In this document: positions 1-13,180 of the stretch, piece by piece
How positions within the stretch are numbered: position 1 is the stretch's first letter
Layout of the letters: the number at the start of each line of letters is the position of its first letter
From: Octopus vulgaris
Lineage: Eukaryota
Direction of reading: 5' to 3'
NCBI GenBank assembly: GCA_951406725.2
Contig: OX597827.1
Span: forward strand, 64,480,001 to 64,544,000
Length of the DNA stretch: 64,000 nucleotides
Notes under the pieces: generated by a model
Seen by the model: the letters and a program-made list of their open reading frames with translations, nothing else
Told to the model about the DNA's origin: nothing
Database searches by the model: none
Position numbers and translations under genes: made by a program

Positions 1-16
1 ATGACTATATATGCAC

Positions 17-61
<45 letters not shown>

Positions 62-127
62 AATATACATATATACGTATACATACACCCACACGTTCAC
101 ACACATACACATACAAGCCCGTGCATT

Positions 128-223
<96 letters not shown>

Positions 224-225
224 TC
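1..225. repeat. (AT)n and (TATC)n microsatellites
   Basis: Directly visible tandem repeats. Confidence 0.95.
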
Positions 226-570
226 CTATAATCTTACTTTGCACTCCTCCTTATAAAACCACTTAAAGTTACTCAACGACAAAATACCAGGAATTATTCA
301 TTGAAAATATGCCAATGATTTCTGTTGACAAGGTTTTGCGATGAAGTTAATAATCCCATTAATTCGACGAACGTCATCAAATTGACACGATTATCGACTT
401 AAATTGATGGAGGAACACACCTATGTTGTGGATGTAGAAAAGGTGGGTTTAACCAGTATACGAGAATACTGATCCTCTACGAGCAGTCGCTTCATGGAAA
501 GTTTTTCCCGGTATTCAGCAGCTAGAGAACGTAGAGAAATAGGCTTTATCAATCCCATCCCTTGCAACAA

Positions 571-571
<1 letters not shown>

Positions 572-650
<79 letters not shown>

Positions 651-1025
651 GCACACACACACGCACACACACACACGCACATTCGATTACTTATCTGTAG
701 TTTTGTTTGTGTGTTTATGTGCATGTATTAGCGAATGTATACACACATACATACATACATACATACATACATACATGCATGCATGCATACATACATGCAT
801 GCATACATACATACATACATACATACATGCATGCATACATACATACATACATACATACATACATACATACATACATACATACATGCATGCATGCATACAT
901 ACATGCATGCATGCATACATACATACATACATACATGCATACATACATACATATATACATACATACATACATATTTACATACATATACAAATATACATAA
1001 ATAAATACGTACGTACATACATACA
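572..1025. repeat. (AC)n and (ACAT/GCAT)n microsatellites
   Basis: Directly visible tandem repeats. Confidence 0.95.
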
Positions 1026-1755
1026 TAGAGGGTGCGATGGGTAAATTGTCACTATTTGATATCTTTAATTTCGTCCATGCGCATTGTTTGTTTTTGACTT
1101 TGTCGACTACACAGTATAACAGGGTCAGTTGGGCACCGTCTGTGAGAAAAACAGCACCAGAAATTTGGAAACGACATTCTGTACTACTTGGCATTTGCAC
1201 CGGAAGCCCCAATACGAACATTTCACAGTGTTTGGGTGTCAATCTGAGGACAGTGCAATCTGAGGACATGTACTGATAGCAATAAAAAATCAAACATCCA
1301 GTCAACATCATGGTGTTTGGAGTGATCATTAGTGATGGTGAAGTTATGTCTCCATTCATCTTCCCACACGGCCTCAGACACAACACGGAGGCCTACATCA
1401 AGTGCCTGCAGGAGGTAGTGCTGCCCTGGGTCAAGAGAATGGCTGCTGGAAGCCACTATGTCTGGCAATAGGACTCTACACCATGCCACACGAGCCGGAG
1501 AACCCAGTCATAGCTGTCAGACAATTTCTGCGACCACGTCAGCCCTAACATTTGGCCACCTAACTCCCCAAACTGCAGCCCCCTTGATAATTATGTGCGG
1601 GCGCAATTGAGCAAGAGACCAACAAAACTCCTTGTAACACCAAAGAGGAACTGAAAGCAAGGCTTATGGTAGCATTCACCAACTTAAACAAGGAAGCCGT
1701 CCAGAAGAATTGCAGGAGATTCCGAAGTCTCTGTAGGCTGTGGTTGAAGCCAATG
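1026..1755 (+). mobile_element. Tc1/mariner-superfamily maT (DD37D) transposon relic, internally deleted
   Basis: TA-GAGGGTG left end and HTH-like EIWKRHSVLL..ISQCLGVNLRTVQ. Catalytic half KHPVNIMVFGVI..YVWQ*DSTPCHTSRRTQS*LSDNF..WPPNSPNCSPLDNY has exactly 37 residues between the second and third D. Stops and frameshifts present; no right TIR seen. Confidence 0.85.
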
Positions 1756-1870
1756 CTCTCATGCTCACACATATATACACATATATACTTACATACATTA
1801 TGTGTACATATACACATACATTATATTTACATACAAATACACTCATGTATATATGTATGTATATATATAT

Positions 1871-2871
1871 ATATAGTAATATAATAAATAAATAAAATAT
1901 ATGCATATATACATACATATATGTACATACATCTACATGTATATATACATGCATACATATATATATATATGTGAGTACAGGACACCACAAATAAACGTAG
2001 AACACAACGAGAGACGAGAGCATAAAATCAAACAAGGAAACGGACTTTTTTTAAATAACGAAAAAACAGAGTACAGGACAAACAATACAAGGAAAATTCC
2101 CCTTCATCAGCTGTCCCTGGTTCGACTCAAAGTGTGTTTCGAAGGTAAGGACAGAACACAGTCGAAGCAGTCCTTCCTGCAAAAGGAATTAAATAAAATT
2201 CTTTTGCAGAGGGGTAAAACAAGTGACAAAAACAGGACGTAAAAGCAATACAAATGAAGAAAAAACAGTACAATAAAATGAAGAAAAAACAGTACAATAA
2301 AGAAACAGGACAGGAAACATCCAATAAGGGCTTTTTTTGCCTGGACGGTGGAAAAATTAGTTAGAACGCTTGTGAAAAATCGGCTTACGAAGGACAGAGA
2401 AGTCGATCTATACTTGTTGAAAGACGAAGCTGAAAGAACGTTTTAGCAACCCTCTGGTCAGAACGAGGAGGAGGAGGAGAGAGAGAGAGAGAGAGGGGGA
2501 AAGAAACCGGAAGGGTGAAAAATAAAGAAAGTGTTAGCAACTCTCTGGTCAGAAGGAGGAGGAGGAGGAGGAGGAGAGAGAAAGAGAGAGAGGAGAAAGA
2601 AACCAGAAATGGTGAAAAACAAGTAGAGAGAAAGACAGACAGGCAGGGAGGAAAGGTCAAAGAGTGCGCATCGTGATGATTCAAATAAAAACTTGGAGAA
2701 GAGCAATAGAGAAATAACGCATGCGTTCGGTCATATAGTAATATAATAAATAAATAAAATATATGCATATATACATACATATATGTACATACTTACATCT
2801 ACATGTATATATACATGCATACATATATATATATGTGAGTACAGGACACCACAAATAAACGTAGAACACAA
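1871..2871 (-). mobile_element. Non-autonomous Penelope-like repeat with partial-tandem (pLTR-like) terminal duplication
   Basis: About 138-bp direct repeat at 1871-2007 and 2733-2871, abutting (TA)n; carries hammerhead core motifs; no ORF. Confidence 0.6.
2099..2166 (-). ncRNA. Candidate rearranged (non-circularly permuted) hammerhead ribozyme
   Basis: Minus-strand RNA UUCGAC-UGUGUU/CUGUCCUU-AC-CUUC-GAAACACA-CUUUGAGUCGAACC-AGGGACAG-CUGAUGA-A-GGGG. Stems I (8 bp), II (4 bp) and III (5 bp) all pair, but the strand order is non-canonical. Confidence 0.55.
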
Positions 2872-2920
2872 GAAGAAGCAGATGAAGATGATGATGACGA
2901 TGACGATGATGATGAAGAAG

Positions 2921-2970
<50 letters not shown>

Positions 2971-3296
2971 GCACATATATATGTACACACACAGACACTC
3001 ATTCACACATATGTCTTTGTTTACAGATATAAAAAAAGTGCTCAATATATGATGCACACATGATATTTATTGCTACTCGGAATTTTCCCGGCATTTATGG
3101 TAGCACAAACATCCTTATGTTTTTCGGGTGTTTCATGTCAAAGACCTATTGACTCTATAATGTATGAGATACTTTTGGGAGTTACGTTATGATCTGCGCG
3201 ATTGCTGTTCGGAAGACCTCTTAGTCGGTCGCTTTAATATCACTAAAGTCAGACAGGTTCTGCTTTCGGAATTTTCTAACTGGTGGTTCTGTTAGA

Positions 3297-3641
3297 GTGA
3301 AGGCGCATGGCTCAGTGGTTAGAACGTCGAGCTTATGACTGTGAGGTTGTGAGTTCGAATCTCGGAGCGGGTTGCGAGTTGTGTTCTTGAGCAAGACACT
3401 TTATTTCACATTGCTCCAGTTCACTCAGCTGTAGAAATGAGTTGTGACATCACAGGTGCCAAGCTGTATCGACCTTTGCCTTTCCCTCGGATAACACTGG
3501 TGGCGTGGAGAGAGGAGGCCGGTATGCATGGGCAAATGCTGGTCTTCCATAAACAACCTTGCGTGGACTTGTGCCTGGGAGGGTAACTTTCTAGGTGCAA
3601 TCCCATGGTCAGTCATGACTGAGGCGGTAGGGGGGGTCTCA
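3297..3641 (+). mobile_element. tRNA-derived SINE (family D) with V/CORE-like central domain
   Basis: A box TGGCTCAGTGG, B box GTTCGAATC, central TTCTTGAGCAAGACAC. 12-bp TSD GGTTCTGTTAGA at 3285-3296 and 3642-3653. The 3' half recurs at 11228-11437. Confidence 0.85.
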
Positions 3642-3982
3642 GGTTCTGTTAGAATTCTTGATGCGCTGACAGGGTTTTATTAAGGGCGCGAATGAGAGGA
3701 GAAGATAATGGAAATATGTAGAGCTTGTGGAACCAAAATAGCCGGTGGAAATATGTCTGAACCTAATTGAGTTGCGATGCAGTGAACTTACAAACAAATC
3801 CCTCTGCAGGGCCTACAGCATGCTGCGTATTACAGAGTCAGTTGGCAGAAGGCTATCACCTTTACTGTGGAGAGATAGTTGATTCTAGGTAGATGTGGAT
3901 GAAGAGGCGTAAACAAGTAGGCTACATAGGGTAGTGCTAATTAGATACAAACTGTGATTTGATGAAGCCCTTGTCTGTGCTA

Positions 3983-4229
3983 GTGGAGGCGCGTGGCTTA
4001 GTGGTTAGGGTATCAGCATCATGATCGTAAGATTGTGGTTTCGATTCCTGGACCAGGTGACTCGTATTCTTGAGCAAAACACTTCATTTCAGTCCACTCA
4101 GCTGGCAAAAATGAGTAACGCTGCGATGGACTGGCGTCCCGTCCAGCTGCGAAACACATACGCCATTAAAACCGGGAAACCGGGCCCAGGAGCCTGGCTA
4201 GGCTTTAAAAGAGCGCATTTATTTTTTAT
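3983..4229 (+). mobile_element. tRNA-derived V-SINE-like element (family E)
   Basis: A and B boxes; CTGCGATGGACTGGCGTCCCGTCCAG motif; TSD TTGTCYGTGCTA at 3971-3982 and 4230-4241. Related heads near 9265-9370 (+), 11900-12005 (-) and 52860-52970 (-). Confidence 0.8.
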
Positions 4230-4757
4230 TTGTCCGTGCTAACATGTAACAACCCACATCGTTTCGGATTGGCGGCGACTAAAGCAATAATCAATTTCAT
4301 CGTGTTTTCTCCTAGGAATAGCCTCAGGGAGCATGGTAAAACGTAAAATTTCAGCTCCCAACGCACCTCACGAAGTAAAACACGGTACCAGGGAAGATTA
4401 CAATAGACTGCAACACCAGTATCTCTGAACATTCGGACAGTAGAATAAAATGATTGGACATACCTGTATGGAAGCTATCGATTTGGGAGAGCTGACTTAG
4501 ACAATCAGCTTGTTTTGGTGACAGTACTTTTTGGCACTGGAGGTATACACATGCATACATACGCGAAAGCGCGAGTGCAGAAATATGCATGTATAGCTAG
4601 AAAGAGGGAGGGGGAGAAGGAGAGAGAGAAATAAAGAGAGTGAGAGAGAGAGAGACATTACAATTTATCAATTCAATATGATGGGCATAAACACTTTCTC
4701 CTTTCCTCATATATACAAGAGACATATGCCTACATACAAAAACACGCACATACACTC

Positions 4758-4820
<63 letters not shown>

Positions 4821-4916
4821 CTGGTGAGAGAGAGGAGAGAATGGGAGAGAGGCAGAGAGAGAGGAGAAAATGGGAGAGAGGGAGAGAGAAAAGGTATATA
4901 TATATATATATATATA

Positions 4917-5227
4917 ACACCGTGATCACCGTGACCGACCAGGGCATTATATGTTGCTACACATCGCTGGTCACAATGCGCTCCGCATTGTTTTAGCCTT
5001 CAAACGACGCCACCACGCTGGCTAAGCGAGCAGGCCAACAGAAGAAAGAGTGAGAGAAAGGTGTGGGGAAAGAGTACAGCAGGTATCACCACCAACCCTT
5101 GACGGTGACTCGTGGAGCTATAGGTGTTTTCGCCCAATAAACACTGACAACGCCCGGTCTGGGAATCGAAACCGCGATCCTACGACCGCGAGTCCGCTGT
5201 CCTAACCACTGGGCCATTGTGCCTCCA
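4917..5227 (-). mobile_element. tRNA-derived SINE (family C), full length
   Basis: Minus-strand head GGAGGCACAATGGCCCAGTGGTTAGG..GTTTCGATTCC; tail CACGGTGATCACGGTG. Partial copies at 14972-15156 (-), 28655-28850 (+) and 61325-61481 (-). Confidence 0.85.
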
Positions 5228-5246
5228 CACACACACACGCACACAC

Positions 5247-5277
<31 letters not shown>

Positions 5278-5717
5278 TACATATATATAGGCAGAGAAAG
5301 AAAAATAGATCGACAGAGAGATACAGAGACAGTGGAAGAGAGAGAGAGACGAAAAGAGAGTGATAATGAGGGAGAAAGTGGGAAGGAGAACACAAGAGAA
5401 ACGTTAAAACGCCTGGTGTCAAGTAATAATCGAATCAGAGACGCCAATTAGATGGCGCCAAGATGACTGCGCCAATAAGTCTCATTTCCATTGGACAGAT
5501 CTCCCTTTGTTTCTCACACACAATTGTGCAATGAATAAGGTGGCCGTGGGGTACAACTCAGAACTCTTCCTTTCCGTTAACCAAAGTCATTAGCGAATGG
5601 TCTGAGGGTGTTGAAGAAACCTTAGTAACATCTTCTACAAAGACAAAAGAGAGGAAGAGATAAAAGGAAAGAGATGAGTATACCTGTGTCGGAGTATGCG
5701 TATGTGGATAGGTGTGT

Positions 5718-5758
<41 letters not shown>

Positions 5759-5882
5759 CGCGTGGGTATATGTAACTATCTGCTTGCGTATATGAGTGTG
5801 TGTAAGTAGGTTTGAGAGGAAGCAATATAGACAGGCAGACGGACTAGACAGATATAGATAGATGGATAGTTAGTTAGATAGA

Positions 5883-5943
<61 letters not shown>

Positions 5944-6230
5944 GAGATAGAGAGAGAGACAGAGCTGTTTAGACAGACGGACAGACAGAGAGACTGATAG
6001 ACCGATGAATGGATGAACAGATCTATGTTTAGATAGATAATAAGAGAGAGAGAGAGAGAGGAAGAGAGAGAGAGAGAGAGAGAGAGAGGAAGCGATAAGG
6101 TGATAAAGAGACATGAGTATTTGACCGCATGTGTGTGTGTGTGTATGTCAATCGATGTGTATATGCGTTAGTGTATATATGTGCATATGTGCGAGTTCAA
6201 GAGGGAGAGAGAGAGGTAAATGCATGCATG

Positions 6231-6281
<51 letters not shown>

Positions 6282-6304
6282 ACATATATATATATATATA
6301 TATT

Positions 6305-6533
6305 CGTTTCTACTCTAAGCACAAGGCCCGCAATTTATGGGGAGGGGCCAGACGATTAGATAGACCCCAGATAGATACTATCTATCTATCTAACTGGTAC
6401 TTAATTTATCGACCCCGAAAGGATGAAAGGCAAAGTCGACCTCGGTGGAATTCGAACTCAGAACATAAAGGCAGACGAAATACCGCTAAGCATTTCGCCT
6501 GGCGTGCTAACGTTTCTGTCAGCTCACCGCCTT
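6305..6533 (-). mobile_element. tRNA-derived SINE (family B, tail type b)
   Basis: Head AAGGCGGTGAGCTGACAGAAACGTTAGC, core GCCTTTCATCCTTTCGGGGTCGATAAATTAAGTACC, tail GCCTTGTGCTTAGAGTAGAAA. Confidence 0.85.
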
Positions 6534-6537
6534 TATG

Positions 6538-6692
<155 letters not shown>

Positions 6693-6798
6693 ATAGATAA
6701 ATATACAGATGAATAGATAGATGAGTGTTTGCGTGTTTGCTTGTGTGTACAGATGCATGCATGTGGGAAAATGTGAGATCAAGAGGGACAGACAGAAG

Positions 6799-6867
<69 letters not shown>

Positions 6868-7222
6868 GTTTATTTAATATTTATTGAATCGACTGGACTA
6901 AACCAGTGCAGTGAAGGTAAGGAAGAAAAACACCGTATTGTGTGTTGAATTAGCTTCGACCTACTGACTTACAAACAGCTTCCTGTGCTAAACTTTAAAT
7001 GGACTGACCGGATATGGCAGTCGTTCACTTCCGGCGATACATTAAAAAAAATGAAAATAAAAATAAGAGAATGAAATAAAGGAAATAAACATTGATCGAA
7101 TAATTCTTTAAAATAAGGAAGGAAGGAAGAATAGAATAAAAGATTGGGAACGAGTAAACTAAAAATGAATGAGACCAACAAAGAAACGGACAAATGAACT
7201 AAAAGTAAAAGAGGAAGACAAT

Positions 7223-7282
<60 letters not shown>

Positions 7283-7396
7283 ATGAAAGTGGGAGAGAAA
7301 GACGGAGAGAGAAACAGAGACAAAGAGAGAGAGAGATAGAAACAACAATGACACGAAGAAAAAGAAGAGGAAAAATAGAGAAAAGAAAAACAGAAG

Positions 7397-7435
<39 letters not shown>

Positions 7436-7551
7436 GATATATACATACATATATAAATAGATATAAGAGGAGAGGAAGAGAGTGTGAGAGAGAAAGACAG
7501 AGAGTGAGAGAGAGAAAGAGAGAGAGAGAGAAGAGAAGAGAAGAGATAGAT

Positions 7552-7634
<83 letters not shown>

Positions 7635-7835
7635 GCGAGAGAGAGAGAGAGAGAGAGGATACTATGGTTGTAGAAATGATGGTTTAATGTAGAACATTGA
7701 AAAGTTAACGAGTTGGCACAGCTCGTAAACACCGTATTTCTAGAGGACTTATTTATTACACGCCAGACATTTTTCTTCTTGTTTTTATGTTGTAAAGTAA
7801 ATTGTATTAAGTTCATATATATGCAAATGTATATG

Positions 7836-7945
<110 letters not shown>

Positions 7946-8022
7946 ACTTCCTCTACACACACATTATTGTATGAAACACATACACAGACACACACATAAT
8001 AATGTCTGTCTGCCTGTCTGTT

Positions 8023-8060
<38 letters not shown>

Positions 8061-8182
8061 TTTATCAATCAATCAATCAATCAATCTCTCTCTCTGTATG
8101 TATGTATGTATGTATGTATGTATGTATGTATGTATGTATGTATGTATGTATGTATGTATGTATGTATGTATGTGTGTGTATG

Positions 8183-8216
<34 letters not shown>

Positions 8217-8290
8217 TGTGTGTGTGTGTATGTGTGTATGTATGTATGTATGTATGTGTGTGTATGTATGTATGTATGTATGTAAGTATG

Positions 8291-8321
<31 letters not shown>

Positions 8322-8344
8322 GTATGTATGTATGTATGTATGCA

Positions 8345-8975
8345 TGTATATGTGCAGATTTGTATGTTTTGTTTTATGTATGCATTCACATGCATATAGT
8401 TGCATGGTATTTAGGCAGTGCGGTACATATCCCAGGACCCCAATAATTACAGGTATAAACCTGAACTTGTAATCTCGATAGAGTAACTGCAGATCTCTCA
8501 ATAGGTCAGCGTAGACATTCTCTTTTTCACTGATCTTCAGCTTTATGTTAATATCAGCTGGGCAGCTAATTTCTACAACTATACACAGTTTCGTTTCCCT
8601 ATCCCAAACCATTATATCAGGTCTGTTTTGCTTACATTTTATTGAGGTCTTCACTGGGACATTCCACCAGTACTCCTTTTTATTATGAGTGGCTAGGTCT
8701 TCTACCATACCGTGGGTTCTTATTTCTTTGTCCTCGGGGTTATCCCTCATTATTTCGTAATAGAGTGTCCTTTCATTATTTCGTAACAGAGTGCGCTAGC
8801 TACAAAATCATATCTCATCGGTAGATTATACCGTGATGACATTTTCGGACAACTGCTTATGATGAGGGTGATATTTTAGGGGTTAACTCCAAAATGTCTA
8901 CATCGGTTGTAACATTTTACTGCTTTTCCTGCATCTCTATCCTTCTTGTGCATCAGGTTGATATTTCTTGTTCCA
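8345..8975 (-). mobile_element. R4/Dong-type (RLE endonuclease) non-LTR retrotransposon 3' fragment, (ACAT)n-associated family
   Basis: Degenerate CCHC region (NRCRHFG..IISSCPKM..RYD) and RLE motifs NRPDIMVWD..IVVEISCP..K..Y..L..IPVIIGVLG; adjoins (TATG)n. Confidence 0.85.
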
Positions 8976-8989
8976 TACGTATATATATA

Positions 8990-9225
8990 TATGTATGTAT
9001 ACGTGCAGATGTATGTATACGTATGTTTTGTTTTATGAATGTCTTCTCATGCATATACTTTCATATCTAGACATGCACAGTTATACTTAAATGATAAACT
9101 TCTGGAAAGTTTTACAGATTTTTACTGTTCCAATCATGGATTGTATCTGTAGTCTTTGAATCAGCTTTCTGATTTTGAGAAGCCTAATTTCTGAAGATTG
9201 GTATCTAGGCAATATGTTACATATC
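8990..9225 (-). mobile_element. 3' end of the same RLE family
   Basis: Matches 39020-39260 and 36230-36465. Confidence 0.75.
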
Positions 9226-9514
9226 CCCGCATGTATGTATGCATGTATGTGATAGAACGTGACTTAATAATTAGAGTTTTGCGCTCACAATCGCTAGATC
9301 GTGGGTTCGATTTCCGGACCAAGCAACGTGATGTGTTTTTGAGCAAAACACTTCATCTCACGTTGTTCCAGTACATACCTACCTACCTACCTACCTACCT
9401 ACCTACCTACCTACCTACCTACCTACGTACCTACGTACCTACGTACCTACCTACCTATCCACCTATCTACATACATACATACATGCATACATAAATACAT
9501 ATACACATACATAT

Positions 9515-10360
9515 TAAATTATTGAGGAATCTACAGCTACTCAATCCAGATTACAAGTTCAGGGGCACTGGGATGTGTAACACATTGCCTAAATACCAAT
9601 CTTGAGAAACTAGGCTTCTCAAAACCAGAAGAAAGAAAGCTGATTCGAAGGCTACAGATCCAAGCCATTACCGGAACTGTGAAAATCTGTAAATCTTTCC
9701 AGAAGTTTATCATTTAAGTATATATGAGCATGTCTAAGCATGTAACTACATGCATGAAAATACATAAATTTGCACATATACATATATACATACAAACAAA
9801 CAAAAATACCCTGCTGTTGATGTTGAAATTTCAATGAAGGACCCTTGAGTCTTGGTTAGAAATCGGCTCTTTCTAAATTGGCAAGAAATCTTGAAATAAA
9901 ACTGAATAATCTTTTCTACTCTAGGCACAAGGCCTGAAATTTTGGGTGAGGGGGCTAGTAGATTAGATCGACTCCAGTACGCAACGAATCCTTAATTTAT
10001 CGACCCCGAAAGGCAAAGTCGACCTCAGTGGAATTTGAACTCAGAACGTAAAGACAGACGAAATACCGCTAAGCATTTCACTCGGCGTGCTAGCGTTTCT
10101 TATTTCTTTACTGCCCACAAGGGGCTACACACAGAGGCGTCAAACAAGGACAGAAAAATGGCTTAAATCGATTATATCGACTCCAGTGCGCAACTGGTAC
10201 TTAGTTAATCGACCCCGAAAGGATGAAAGGTAAAGTCGACATCGGCGCGGAGTTTGAACTCAGAACGTAGTAGTAGACGAAATGCTGCAAAGCATTTCAC
10301 CCGGCGTGCTAACGATTCTGCCAGCTCGCCGCCTTAGAAATAAAACTGAATAACGACATA
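9515..10360 (+). mobile_element. RLE-family 3' end interrupted by a nested SINE-B dimer (9910-10336, minus)
   Basis: 17-bp TSD GAAATAAAACTGAATAA at 9893-9909 and 10337-10353; the element ends in GACATACATA. Confidence 0.8.
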
Positions 10361-10395
10361 CATAAACACACACACGCACACACACACACACGCAT

Positions 10396-10467
<72 letters not shown>

Positions 10468-10800
10468 TTTTTACAATTTATGAATTTATTCTGCAAGATT
10501 CCTGACGTGAAATCGTGTGTTAAAACAGGTATTATTATTTTCGAACACAGTATCACCGTTAAAACAGCAGAAAAAACAAAAAAAAAAAAAGGGCATTATT
10601 ACATTTACAAGGCGGAAAAGGTTGCCAACAAAGAGACACAGGAGACGAACCCATTGTCTCGTAAGGTTAATAAGACCTAATTTTTCTATTGTTTTAACGG
10701 TGATACTACGTTCGAAATATCACTTTCTTAACTGTATCGTACGATACACATTCAACGCTTCTAAAAGGAAAAAAAAAAACGAAAAAAATACAAAACATAT

Positions 10801-11226
10801 AGGCGCAGGAGTGGCTGTGTGGTAAGTAGCTTGCTAACCAACCACATGGTTCCGGGTTCAGTCCCACTGCGTGGCATTTTGGGCAAGTGTCTTCTGCTAT
10901 AGCACCCGGGCTGACCAATGCCTTGTGAGTGGATTTGGTAGACGGAAACTGAAAGAAGCCTGTCGTATATATGTATATATATATATATATATATAAGTGT
11001 GTGTGTATATGTTTGTGTATCTGTGTTTGTCCCCCTAGCATTGCTTGACAACCGATGCTGGTGTGTTTACATCCCCGTCACTTAGCGGTTCGGCAAAAGA
11101 GACCGATAGAATAAGTACTGGGCTTACAAAGAATAAGTCCCGGGGTCGATTTGCTCGACTGAAGGCGGTGCTCCAGCATGGCCGCAGTCAAATGACTGAA
11201 ACAAGTAAAAGAGTAAAAAGAGTAAA
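10801..11226 (+). mobile_element. tRNA-derived SINE (family A), full length, with internal (TA/TG)n and CR1-like tail
   Basis: Head GGCGCAGGAGTGGCTGTGTGGTAAG..GGTTCAGTCCC, TTGGGCAAGT core, tail CCAGCATGGCCGCAGTCAAATGACTGAAACAAG followed by TAAAAGAG-type repeats. Confidence 0.9.
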
Positions 11227-11459
11227 ACAGCTGTAGAAATGATTTGTGACGTCACTGGTGCCAAGCTGTATCGGCCCCTTTGCCTTTCCCTTGGATAATA
11301 CTGGTGGCGTGGAGAGGGGAGGCTGGTATGCATGGGCGACTGCTGGTCTTCCATAAACAACCTTGCCCGGACTTGTGCCTGGGAGGGTAACTTTCTAGGT
11401 GCAATCCCATGGTCTATGTCGTGACCGAAGGGGTTCTCAGCATTCATATATGTATATAT

Positions 11460-11691
11460 ATTTCTTAACTACCCACAAGGGGCTAAACACAGAGGGGACA
11501 AACAAGGACAGACAAACGGATTAAGCCGATTACATCGACCCCAGTGCGTAACTGGTACTTAATTTATCGACCCCGAAAGGATGAAAGGCAAAGTCGACCT
11601 CGGCGGAATTTGAACTCAGAACGTAGCGGCAGACGAAATACCGCGAAGCATTTCGCCCGGCGTGCTAACGTTTCTACCAGCTCGCCGCCTT
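11460..11691 (-). mobile_element. SINE family B (tail type a)
   Basis: Near-identical to 33432-33664 and 55795-56027. Confidence 0.9.
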
Positions 11692-12028
11692 CAATATATG
11701 TATATATGATGGATTCTCCATCGAAGATGATGCACGAGGATGATGCACAAGTGTTCAGATTTTGCAAAACGATCAGCACAAAATGATTTGTTTATAATGA
11801 TCAGATGTACGTGGTGTTTGTATTACCTCAATCTCCTTATCAAATCAACGTTACCTGAACAGGTGTGCAATGTACCGCGTATCAGGCGCTGAAGTGATCG
11901 CAGAGCAACGTGAGGTGAAGTGTTTTGCTTAAGAGCACAATGCACCACCCAGTTTTGAAATTGAAACTATGATCTCGCAGTCTTGAGTGCAATCATTAGG
12001 CCATGCACTACTTTATACACACATTAAA

Positions 12029-12425
12029 TCTTTATATATAAAAGTCAAGTTGTGTGTTTGTCTCCTACGATTTAGATTCCTAACTACTCCCACATTTTGC
12101 GGTGCAGTTTAACCAAAACCGGGTATCTTATAGTCGTGATTCATATCGAGCCCTTCTGGGTATTAGCGCGCGTCTACGATGAGTCTACGATTAAAAAAAA
12201 ATTATCATCATTTTTTCCCATTTTAATGCATTTTTTCGCTATTATATAAGGGAAGTAACTCTCTAAAAATGTCTACGATGAGTCAACGAATTAAAAAAAA
12301 AAATTACTATCATTTTTTTCCCATTTTTAATGCATTTTTTTGCCATATTTTGGCTTTAACTTTCTAAAAATGCTTATATAGTTATTTCCCTTACAAACCC
12401 GAGCAACGCCGGGCGATACTGCTAG
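12029..12425 (+). mobile_element. Non-autonomous Helitron
   Basis: Inserted between A and T; 5' TCTTTATATATAAAAG; 3' hairpin CCCGAGCAACGCCGGG then CTAG; no TSD; internal ~100-bp tandem duplication starting at 12172 and 12271. Confidence 0.85.
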
Positions 12426-12942
12426 TAAAATGTAAAAAAATATGCCCAATAAGGATAGGCAAACACAGTCACACTTCACTTTGTAATGACGCTGGAAGAA
12501 GGCGAAAGTCTTTCTGCTTTCATGACACTATTTAATTCTTCTAGCGCTGACCGTACGGTTCATGCTGAATAAGGCAGCAGAATGTTTTAAGTAACAAGTG
12601 TACACTTTCTGAATTTAAATTCGTGAAGCAACGTAAAACTTCCACTGGCAAACAGTTGTAAAGTCGAACAAAAAAAATAAAAGTAAAAAGGCAAAACATC
12701 CACCCAAAATAACAACAAACAAATGGTTTAAGTTAATTATAATGTAATGTAAAAAAAAGCACATGCAACATGTTTTATTCGCTGAATTTCAATTTGTAAC
12801 GATAGTAAAGCTGCCATCTATCCGAAACGTACGGCAAGTAATGTTATATATATGTATCTATGTGTGTGTGTGAGAGAGAGAGAGAGTATGTATGTATGTA
12901 TGTATGTATGTATGTATGTATGTATGTATGTATGTATGTATG

Positions 12943-12988
<46 letters not shown>

Positions 12989-13045
12989 TATGTATATATA
13001 TATATACAGCTCAAGAGCTGAAACTGGAAAATATAAAACATAAAC

Positions 13046-13180
<135 letters not shown>

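Larger units (their letters stand above)
3060..4545 (-). pseudogene. Possible very old LINE (CR1/Jockey-like ORF2) remnant, interrupted by two SINEs
   Basis: Weak peptide echoes on the minus strand (FRD..NLPW, FHIY, IATQLGSDIF); many stops. Confidence 0.25.

Noticed and set aside
3297-5227. SINE heads considered as functional tRNA genes
   Set aside because: They continue into SINE bodies, two have TSDs, and their acceptor stems are incomplete.
5435-5492. Short GCGCC-repeat cluster resembling a MITE end
   Set aside because: No matching opposite terminus was found.
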